Position numbers and translations under genes: made by a program. Positions 21,029 through 29,044 of a stretch of 64,000 bases of DNA are shown piece after piece. The DNA lies in the NCBI GenBank assembly GCA_965206845.1, contig OZ242221.1:896001-960000 (forward strand), given 5' to 3'. The notes under the pieces are model-generated. The model did not search any database, had not been told where the DNA came from, and saw only the letters and a program-made list of their open reading frames with translations. The stretch is from Cenarchaeum sp. (GTDB taxonomy: Archaea; Thermoproteota; Nitrososphaeria; Nitrososphaerales; Nitrosopumilaceae). The number at the start of each line of letters is the position of its first letter. Position 1 is the first letter of the stretch.

Positions 21029-21754
21029 TTGGCCCGGGTTTATGCAGTAGGCGTCGGGCCGGGCTCGCCGAGGTATGTTACCGGAGTGGTGGCTGACTTG
21101 GTAAAGGAATGCGATGTTGTTGTGGGCTACAAATACACACTGAATATAATAAGGGACTACATTGCCGGAAAGGACGTCTACGAGGTAACCATGAAGAACC
21201 AGGAGGACATATACCAAAAACTCGCAAAGGACGCCGGAAAGAAGATCCTAATCCCATTTACCGGTGATGTCAACTTTTCAGAGTCAGAAGTAGTAGACAG
21301 GCTAGTAGAGATTTTTGGGGACGTGGAGATCGTTCCCGGAATCAGCTCGATCCAGGTGGCCGCCGCGAAGGCGGCCGTGCCGCTGGACAAGTCACGGGTC
21401 ATCACCATGCATGTGACCTCGGCCATAGAGGGGAAGAAGGAGGAATTAAAAGCGGCCATAGCCGATGGGTGTAGTGTTATTTTGGTTCCAAGGCCGTGGC
21501 CCAAAAGGCCTGACAAGCACTTCATGCCCTCTGAGATCGCTCACTATCTGGAGGACAGTGGTTTTGATGTCAGGCACCTGCAGGTCAAGGTCTTTGAAAA
21601 GCTCACAACCGATGAAGAGAGTGTGTTTGAGGGAATGGTGGAGGATCTAAAGGGGATGGAATTCTCCGATATGTGTGTGATGGTATTTGGCCAAACCAAG
21701 CCGGATTCATACATGAATTACCGGTGGCAGTGGGAGCGGAACCGCCAGCCTTAG
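21029..21754 (+). CDS. cbiE: Cobalt-precorrin-7 C5-methyltransferase
   Basis: AVGVGPG, GDVNFS, VPGISSIQVAAA. Confidence 0.85.
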   Translation: MARVYAVGVGPGSPRYVTGVVADLVKECDVVVGYKYTLNIIRDYIAGKDVYEVTMKNQEDIYQKLAKDAGKKILIPFTGDVNFSESEVVDRLVEIFGDVEIVPGISSIQVAAAKAAVPLDKSRVITMHVTSAIEGKKEELKAAIADGCSVILVPRPWPKRPDKHFMPSEIAHYLEDSGFDVRHLQVKVFEKLTTDEESVFEGMVEDLKGMEFSDMCVMVFGQTKPDSYMNYRWQWERNRQP

Positions 21755-22326
21755 ATATCAATAAAGTCGGATTCGCGAAAGATGTGATGAAACTCGCTGT
21801 TTTGCCTGATGTTCTCCTTGTCCTTGTTACCTCCCCGAAATATGATCGACAGGATGGCGCGGCACTCGCACCCTGCCCCCCTTATAGTGTCTGCCGCAAG
21901 TATCGCCGACGCCCCGCTGGTTATCACGTCATCAACCACTACAGCTGGCGATCTGAGAACTCCCTCTATCTGGTTTTTGGTTCCGTATTTTTTTGGATTC
22001 TTCCTAACATAGAACGAGGTAAGGGGCCGGGTCGGATTCTCGATGTGGCTTAGTTGGGATATTGCCGTGGCTATGGAGATTGATCCAGACTCCAAGCCAC
22101 CCACCGAATTCACCCCGTCCATCTTTTTGATCATGTTGTGGAAGATTTTGGCAACGGTATGAATGCCTTGCGCATCTCCGTTTAGCCTCCGAAGGTCAAA
22201 GTAGTAGTGTGATTTCAGCCCGGAAGCCAGCACAAAGGGCTCGCCGTCGGATCGCTGAAATGCGCCGGTCGTTCTGACGAGCTTGGCTAGCTCTGTTTTA
22301 TCCGAGTTTGATGATATTTGTGACAG
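21751..22326 (-). CDS. pyrE: Orotate phosphoribosyltransferase
   Basis: FVLASG..S.YYFD, YVRKNPKKYG, VVDDVITSGAS; frame extends to CTG 22326 with an in-frame stop 3 codons upstream. Confidence 0.9.
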   Translation of the reverse strand: MSQISSNSDKTELAKLVRTTGAFQRSDGEPFVLASGLKSHYYFDLRRLNGDAQGIHTVAKIFHNMIKKMDGVNSVGGLESGSISIATAISQLSHIENPTRPLTSFYVRKNPKKYGTKNQIEGVLRSPAVVVDDVITSGASAILAADTIRGAGCECRAILSIIFRGGNKDKENIRQNSEFHHIFRESDFIDI

Positions 22327-22406
22327 TGTGCCTTACCAAGTGAGAGCCCGCTTCTGTCATTTTTAAACTGTCGCAGTGGATCCGGGTCTGTTGAGGCATC
22401 TTCGGA

Positions 22407-22937
22407 TCATACGCTGGGCATCTGCAGGCCGCCCTGCCATATCATCTCAATCATATAAAACTCGATAAAACCGGCAGCCAAAAGCAGCGCCATTGCGACT
22501 GCAATCTCGATCAGTGTTGCTTTGATGTGGGGGCGCACTTCCTGCTTTCTGACAATCAGAGAGATCAAAATGAAGCTCCGGGACATCCCCAAGGAATACG
22601 CCGCCAGCTCGAGTATCCCAAAGGGTGAGAAGTACAGGATGGACAGTGGTGATACCGTGACGGCTCCTGGCATTATTGTGGCAATGGAAGCAAACGCCAC
22701 CCCGGTAGACCACGCGGAGAATAGCCCCCACCCAACACCAAACCCGGGTACAAACATGAGTAGGGCTAGGGTGGCGTTATGAACAAAGATTTTCAGCGCA
22801 TCTATATCCAACAGCAGATCGTCAAACTCGTCCAGAAGCTTTCTGGCATCATCTACGTCTATCTCGATTAAAGAGCCCAGTTGGTAGGCGACGGTGAACA
22901 GCGCCATAAAGATCAAAAATGTCCAAAGCCGTCTCAT
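22407..22937 (-). CDS. Stage II sporulation protein M family membrane protein
   Basis: IFVHNA, PFGILELAAY, LLLAAGFIE. Confidence 0.75.
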   Translation of the reverse strand: MRRLWTFLIFMALFTVAYQLGSLIEIDVDDARKLLDEFDDLLLDIDALKIFVHNATLALLMFVPGFGVGWGLFSAWSTGVAFASIATIMPGAVTVSPLSILYFSPFGILELAAYSLGMSRSFILISLIVRKQEVRPHIKATLIEIAVAMALLLAAGFIEFYMIEMIWQGGLQMPSV

Positions 22938-23162
22938 TGTGTTTGGGCGTGCCTTGTGTTTAATATGTTGGTGGGTACGCAGGTCGCCTGCGATACCGGC
23001 CAAGATGCGAGAACCCGCCTTGGTGCCTGAGCGATGCCAGAAACCGGCCTCGTGTGAGTGGTTTTTGTGGTTCGGGTTGAAGCCTATTTGGTGTTAGGGA
23101 GCATGCTCATAAAGAGTTTGAGTGAGGGCAGATTTAATAAAAACGTGGATCTGTTTTTGGTA

Positions 23163-24593
23163 TTGAGGAAAGAGGTCGCCGTAGCCTTAAAGTACGCATT
23201 AAATCTTGGTTTTCAGATTCATCCTGCCGCGCTGCAGGTATTGGAAGAGCTTGAGACAGGTGACCTTAATACCGTAATCAAATACATTGTTAAAAAAAAG
23301 ACCAGAGAGGGGACGCGCCTGATAAGCCGGGAAGACGCCGAGTCGTTTCTGGGCATTGGCCAAGATGTGTCACTGGAGGCAAATCTGGTGGTGTTGTTTG
23401 ACCCCACCGACAAGGTGACCACGGCAGAAGGGTTGAGTGGGTATGATGCTCTTTTTGCCAGCAGGTTTGCAAAGATGAAGCAGATTATTAGTGCACGGCC
23501 GGAAGCCAAAAAGCTCAGAGCGATTGGAAACGTCGCCAAGATGTCTGGTTCTAATAACGACGTGTTTGTCTGCGGTCTTGTCACCAAGAAGAGCACGGGA
23601 CCGGATTCTGTAAAAATTGTTTTGGAGGACACCACGGGGAGTCTTGAGGCGTGGGTGTTTGAGGAAGGCATTCGGACAGAAGCAGAGATGCTCTTGCTTG
23701 ATCAGTTTGTAATGATCCGGATCGGCAGGGCCAAAAACAACAGATTTGTTGTGAAGGAATTGGTTCTGCCGGGGATACCGGGGCACACGATCAATCATTC
23801 TGAAACTGAGTCCTTTGCCGTGTTTATTTCAGACTTGCATGTTGGCAGTGACTTCTTTATGGAGGAGGCTTTTTTGGAGTTTGTTTCGTGGTTATCCAGT
23901 ACCGACCAAGTCGCTAAGAGAGTACGATTTGTCGTTATCGGTGGTGATCTTATAGATGGTGTTGGGATATACCCCAACCAAGATCGGGGACTGGTATACC
24001 AAACGGTGGAAGAGCAGCTGCGGCGGGCAGAGGCGTTACTCTCCCAGATCCCACAGAACGTCAAGGTTGTCATATCCCCAGGAAACCACGACCCGGGAAG
24101 GCGCGCTCTGCCGCAACCGGCCATTCCAAGAAAGTACGGCGCTGGGCTCTGGGAACGCGAGAATTTTTTCATGGTTGGAAACCCCTGTGTCGTGTCCCTG
24201 AACGGTGTCAGGGTGCTGGTGTTTCATGGCCAAAGCATCGACGACATTGTAAAGACCACCCCGGGCTTGAGTTACGGCAAGCCGGCAGATGTCATGAAGC
24301 ATCTGCTTCGGGCACGACACCTCAGTCCTATTTACGGCAGCCTGACGCCTATTGCGCCGGAGAAGGAGGACATGTTGGTAATTGAAGATGTCCCAGACGT
24401 CTTTCATGTCGGACATGTACATGTAATGGCCCTAGAGATGTACCGGGGGGTGTTGTTGGTAAACTCGGGCGCCTTCCAAAGCCAGACGCCCTTCCAAGCC
24501 AGTGTTGGTCTGGAACCGACGCCGGGCCTAGCCGCGGTTGTAAATCTGAAGACATTTGAAGTCAGAACTATGAGTTTCGGTTCTGGGAGCTAG
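23163..24593 (+). CDS. polB: DNA polymerase D small subunit DP1
   Basis: ISDLHVGS, GDLIDG, PGNHD, FHGQS, RHLSP, GHVH; TTG start inferred. Confidence 0.95.
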   Translation: MRKEVAVALKYALNLGFQIHPAALQVLEELETGDLNTVIKYIVKKKTREGTRLISREDAESFLGIGQDVSLEANLVVLFDPTDKVTTAEGLSGYDALFASRFAKMKQIISARPEAKKLRAIGNVAKMSGSNNDVFVCGLVTKKSTGPDSVKIVLEDTTGSLEAWVFEEGIRTEAEMLLLDQFVMIRIGRAKNNRFVVKELVLPGIPGHTINHSETESFAVFISDLHVGSDFFMEEAFLEFVSWLSSTDQVAKRVRFVVIGGDLIDGVGIYPNQDRGLVYQTVEEQLRRAEALLSQIPQNVKVVISPGNHDPGRRALPQPAIPRKYGAGLWERENFFMVGNPCVVSLNGVRVLVFHGQSIDDIVKTTPGLSYGKPADVMKHLLRARHLSPIYGSLTPIAPEKEDMLVIEDVPDVFHVGHVHVMALEMYRGVLLVNSGAFQSQTPFQASVGLEPTPGLAAVVNLKTFEVRTMSFGSGS

Positions 24594-25804
24594 AGCACAT
24601 CTTCCAACACTAGATCGTCTTGGAATGTTTTTTTCACAGTATCGGCAGAGATGGTCAACCTGTGTTTCTTTGTCCGGCCGTGCGTTCCTTGATGTATTAT
24701 TCTGCTAGAGATGATGCCGGACATCTCTATTTCGCTGAGTATTTGGGTTATTCTTCTTGGAGTAAGATGGTCTTGTCTGACACCCGTACAGAGGTTTTTG
24801 TAGGAGGTGTATATCTCCCCTGTGGAAGAGCCGGCGGATCTCATAACGGCTAAAATAACTAACTTTTCATGTAGTGGATATGTCTTGAGCGCCGTGACCT
24901 CCTTGTTCTCCTCTATTTTTTGAGATGCATCCCTGACCTGCTGCTCTGTAACCTCGTTCTTTTGTTCCCGTTCGGCGATCTCTCCGGCTACCCGCAAGAG
25001 ATCAATGGCCCGTCTTGCGTCCCCGTGCTCGCGGCCGGCCATTGCGGCACACAGGTTCAGGGCGGCCTCTCCCACCGCTCCCTTGACAAACGCTTGTTCC
25101 GCTCTCTCCCCTAGGATTTTGTGTATCTGTTCCACGGTATAGTTTGTAAACACGATCTCCTCCTCCCCCAAACTGCTGATCACACGCGGATCCAGGTTCT
25201 CTTTGAAGGAAAGGTTGTTTGATATCCCCACCAGGGTCAGACTGCCGCGAACCAGCAACTCGTTTGATCTGGTAAGTTGGTAAAGAACGTCCTTGCCGGT
25301 TTTTGACACTAGTTGCGCCAAGTAGTCGATCTCGTCTATCACAAAGATCGCGTTCAATCTGTTTTTGTTTATTGCGCCAAGTAGGCGTTTGAAGACCTCG
25401 CTGATTGCCAGGCCGGCGGATGGAAGATCCCTGTCCGTCAGATCTAATTGCCGTCCAAAACTCACCAAAAGCCCATAGAGCGTCGTTTCTTGTTTGGAGT
25501 TAGCATACAGCAACCGGATTGGAAAGTTGCTCAACTCCACCTTTTTTTGGATTTTTGCCAAAACCTTCCTGACTACCAACGTCTTGCCGGTCCCTGGTTT
25601 GCCGTAGACTAGAAGGTTTGATGGCCTGGATTGTTTTAGTATTGGTAATAGTGATTGTGCGACCTGTTTTTGCTCCATATCACGGTGGTGTATCACATCC
25701 GGAATGTAGGTAAAATGCAATATCTCTCGGTTTTGGATTAGTGACATGCCTGTCTCAGCCGCATCCAAGATTCTGTCTATCGGATCGATTATTGACGCAT
25801 CCAT
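24590..25804 (-). CDS. cdc6: Orc1/Cdc6 replication initiator
   Basis: YGKPGTGKT, IDEID, HGDARRAIDLLR and a C-terminal wHTH. Confidence 0.97.
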   Translation of the reverse strand: MDASIIDPIDRILDAAETGMSLIQNREILHFTYIPDVIHHRDMEQKQVAQSLLPILKQSRPSNLLVYGKPGTGKTLVVRKVLAKIQKKVELSNFPIRLLYANSKQETTLYGLLVSFGRQLDLTDRDLPSAGLAISEVFKRLLGAINKNRLNAIFVIDEIDYLAQLVSKTGKDVLYQLTRSNELLVRGSLTLVGISNNLSFKENLDPRVISSLGEEEIVFTNYTVEQIHKILGERAEQAFVKGAVGEAALNLCAAMAGREHGDARRAIDLLRVAGEIAEREQKNEVTEQQVRDASQKIEENKEVTALKTYPLHEKLVILAVMRSAGSSTGEIYTSYKNLCTGVRQDHLTPRRITQILSEIEMSGIISSRIIHQGTHGRTKKHRLTISADTVKKTFQDDLVLEDVL

Positions 25805-25989
25805 ACTAGGATTTTTAGATCCTATATCAACACTTGAATGTGTTTGTGAATGTTTTCAACGAACCAGATCGTTTTTGGTTAGCTTTTATCAACATGTCGT
25901 CTAGATCATGGTTCGGCCGGCTGCAGGCCTAGCCGCCTGCTGCACACCTCCCAGAACCGCCCAACAAGCTCGCTCTAGACTTGCAACAA

Positions 25990-26295
25990 GACCCCTCACA
26001 CCATAATTTCCATTCTGGAACAAGACATCGTGTGTGGTGTGTGGTACATGGTAATCGGATATGGTATATACCACATGTTCATATTCATACCCTCATAATA
26101 AAAAATTGAAAGAAAAAGGAGTGGAAATGTTGGTGTGTGGGTTATGGTGTAGTATTGTGATTAACAAATTGTTAAGATTTTGTAAATGTGATCTTAAAAC
26201 ACCCGATATTGACCCCTTTATTTCCACTCTGGGTGTGAAGATGGGCGTTAACATTGTTAAGACCCCGATATTGACCCCCTTATTTCCACTCTGGG
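25990..26295. other. Replication origin oriC with four ORB-like elements
   Basis: ORB-like boxes at 25990-26021 (-), 26119-26143 (+), 26211-26233 (-) and about 26273-26295 (-; CCCAGAGTGGAAATAAGGGGGTC); AT-rich stretch 26144-26200 between inward-facing G-strings; adjacent to cdc6. Confidence 0.88.
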
Positions 26296-26451
26296 CATGA
26301 AACAGGCTGATCCGCCACCAGGCCTGCAGACGGCCATGTTAACCACTACAAACACTACATACCAAACCAGGCGGTGAATATTAACAACGTTGATTGTTAA
26401 CAACTTTGAGCATAATGGTTGAATTGTTAACAAAAAGACCACTATCTGTAT

Positions 26452-26829
26452 TTGGGTAGTAAAAGGCTTCGTATCAACATCGAGGATTCGGAAGGCGCTA
26501 GATATGATATCAAACTGGATGGAAACATCAACCGGCAGAAGGTGCTTCGGTTGTTTGAGATAATGGATCTGGTAGATATTGAGGAAGGACCGAAGGCACC
26601 AAAACTGGACTCCATCAACGCCAAAATATGGCATATTGTGGACAAGTACTATCCCATGGGGAAATTTACCTCCTCGACCGTTCTGGAAAAATATGAGGAC
26701 GAGTACAACGAGCCAATAAAACTCAGCGTGATATCCACATACCTATCACGGTTCTCGATTCGTGGTAAGGTGCAGCGCAACAAAACAGGCCGGGAATGGA
26801 CATACCAAGCACCCAAAATCCATCACTAA
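26452..26829 (+). CDS. Origin-adjacent protein with a C-terminal winged helix
   Basis: KFTSSTVLEKYEDEY.EPIKLSVISTYLSRF...GKVQR.KTGREWTY wHTH-like pattern. Confidence 0.75.
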   Translation: MGSKRLRINIEDSEGARYDIKLDGNINRQKVLRLFEIMDLVDIEEGPKAPKLDSINAKIWHIVDKYYPMGKFTSSTVLEKYEDEYNEPIKLSVISTYLSRFSIRGKVQRNKTGREWTYQAPKIHH

Positions 26830-27045
26830 CTCACAAGAAAAATCACCTACAACATCTCATTGCGTTAACAACACAAAACAACCACAATTTACCCACCTAA
26901 TACCCAACACAAACCATCACTGATAGATCCCCTTTAACCACCAACCATTGGCAACCAGGCATTACTCACGACACCATGAGTGTAAGATACTTGGCAGAGT
27001 CATGGCACAACCGCAAACACCCCACACACACTAAAATGGTGACAA

Positions 27046-27654
27046 TTATACCACACCACCAGAAGATTCCAACCGCACCCTTCCCTTGTCCGTAATTGAG
27101 TACGTGTATGGCTTTGCGTCCGTGTTTCTTTTCACATACCCATCCTCAAACAACCGTTTCATTAACCGTGATGTGTGCTCCCTTGTACGCCCGATCGTGG
27201 TCCGTATGTCACGTGATGTCACATCCCCATCTGTGATTAACTCTAACACTTGATTGACAACACCTTGGGCGTTCCGCCTCTGCCCAGCCGGCTCATTACG
27301 AACGGCTGTCTTTTGGGCATTTGGGGCCGTCGTCGGCTCAGAGCTTCTGGCCATAATCACCAAGGGTTCAGCGCCAGTTGATTTGGGTTTATTGAGCGCG
27401 GACTCACTATCCCCAACAGCTTGGTGCTTACCAACTCCGGGCCCATCACTTACCAAGGCATCCAATTGCAGTTTCATACCTATGATCTGCTTCTCATAAT
27501 ACTCCAAACGGTTGAGAATTGTGGGGTCAATACCCTTGCTTTTTGGGTCGGCGTACGACCTTACCCTGCTAAACGCAAATAATGAGAACAGACCAACGGC
27601 AAACGCCAGCACCCAGCCCAACAGAACCACAGCATCTGGGATTTCCACTAACAT
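27046..27654 (-). CDS. Membrane-anchored winged-helix protein (N-terminal TM, short coiled coil, linker, MarR-like wHTH)
   Basis: Hydrophobic N-terminus; TSRDIRTTIGRTREHTSRLMKRLFEDGYV, YSITDKG. Confidence 0.8.
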   Translation of the reverse strand: MLVEIPDAVVLLGWVLAFAVGLFSLFAFSRVRSYADPKSKGIDPTILNRLEYYEKQIIGMKLQLDALVSDGPGVGKHQAVGDSESALNKPKSTGAEPLVIMARSSEPTTAPNAQKTAVRNEPAGQRRNAQGVVNQVLELITDGDVTSRDIRTTIGRTREHTSRLMKRLFEDGYVKRNTDAKPYTYSITDKGRVRLESSGGVV

Positions 27655-27858
27655 CACACTTTATGATGCCGCCTGTGATATATCATGCTCGAATAAACTT
27701 TGTTCACACATTGCTTAACATTGCGGTACTAAAATCACAACACAATCTCACAAAAACACTCACTGGATGATAAAGTCATAACCAAGTCTCATAAGAATAC
27801 CCAAAAGAACGAAAAATCACACCCAACCTCACAAACCAGCCCCGAAAGAATAAAAAAA

Positions 27859-28221
27859 TCACAACTTACAGGCTTGGCGGATCAACGCATCTATCACATT
27901 AATAACATCACGCTCGTTGTTGGAAGACATGTCATTACCACTAATCACAGAAACCCGTTCTGCTACCTTGACGATCGTGTCCATGTCATCTGGTGCAAGA
28001 ACGCCTAGGCTACGAAACATCACCAACGCATAACAAAACCTGACCAACTTGTCTCTTGTCTGGCCCAACTGCCGGTAGTATGCCCCCCTTGATACGTCAA
28101 ACTGTGTTTCTAGGACACCCCGGCGATCTAAAATAATCCTGAGCTGTCGTTCTGTAAACGATGATTTTTTTATAATTTCTTGGATAATGTTATTGAAATT
28201 GGACGACTCAAACCCCACCAT
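27859..28221 (-). CDS. Hypothetical HTH-like protein
   Basis: SSFTERQLRII and VSRGAYYRQLGQTR HTH-like pattern. Confidence 0.7.
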   Translation of the reverse strand: MVGFESSNFNNIIQEIIKKSSFTERQLRIILDRRGVLETQFDVSRGAYYRQLGQTRDKLVRFCYALVMFRSLGVLAPDDMDTIVKVAERVSVISGNDMSSNNERDVINVIDALIRQACKL

Positions 28222-28284
28222 AGCTATACAAAACTGTATCTTTATCCCAATTAAACTTTAAAGAGACGCCCTCAAACCCGCTGT

Positions 28285-29037
28285 ATGAGCAGAAGAGTTG
28301 AAGAGTATCTAAAATCAGAAGCAAAGAAGGTAAACGCCTTGGTGTTTGTGCTCATAGACTCTGAAATCTCCAATATGGACGCATCGATCAAGCTGGCAAG
28401 AGGCGTAGAGCAGGCCGGCGCCTCGGCCATTTTGGTGGGCGGTTCGTCCGCCACGGACCAGATGGGCATGTCCCAGACCGTCCAGGCCATCAAAAAGTCG
28501 GTTAAGATACCGGTGATACTGTTTCCTGGTAATATCACAGGCATAGTGCCAGAGGCAGACGCAATCTTCTTCAGCTGCCTTATGAACTCCGACAACCCGT
28601 ATTTCATTACACAGGCACAGGCATTAGGAGCCCCCAGCGTGCTCAAATTCGGTTTGGAGGCGCTACCCACCGCATACCTGATAATTGGCCAGGGCACCTC
28701 TGCGTGGTTTGTGGGCTCCGCCAGGGGGATTCCCCTTGGGAAGCCAAATATTGCCGCAGCCTACGCTCTGGCGGCTCGGTTCTTTGGCATGCGGTTTGTG
28801 TATCTTGAGGCTGGGTCTGGCGCCGCAACGAACGTAAACCCGGAGATGGTCAGGGCCGTCCGACGGGCCTTTGACGGGTTTTTGATCGTGGGTGGCGGAA
28901 TACGCGATGCCGGAACGGCAAAACAACTAGCTGATGCTGGCGCCGATGCCTTGGTGATTGGAACCCTGCTAGAGCAAGACGGCAAGCTGGAGACCTTGGT
29001 AGAGATAACAAAAACAATTCAAGGCAGAACGGCTTAA
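28285..29037 (+). CDS. pcrB: Geranylgeranylglyceryl phosphate synthase
   Basis: ILVGGS, ILFPG, YLEAGSGA, VGGGIR. Confidence 0.93.
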   Translation: MSRRVEEYLKSEAKKVNALVFVLIDSEISNMDASIKLARGVEQAGASAILVGGSSATDQMGMSQTVQAIKKSVKIPVILFPGNITGIVPEADAIFFSCLMNSDNPYFITQAQALGAPSVLKFGLEALPTAYLIIGQGTSAWFVGSARGIPLGKPNIAAAYALAARFFGMRFVYLEAGSGAATNVNPEMVRAVRRAFDGFLIVGGGIRDAGTAKQLADAGADALVIGTLLEQDGKLETLVEITKTIQGRTA

Positions 29038-29044
29038 ATCTGTC

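Noticed and set aside
26202-26295. Repeats of about 33 bp with a spacer of about 30 bp as a mini CRISPR array
   Set aside because: Only two units, they match the ORB consensus beside cdc6, and there are no cas genes
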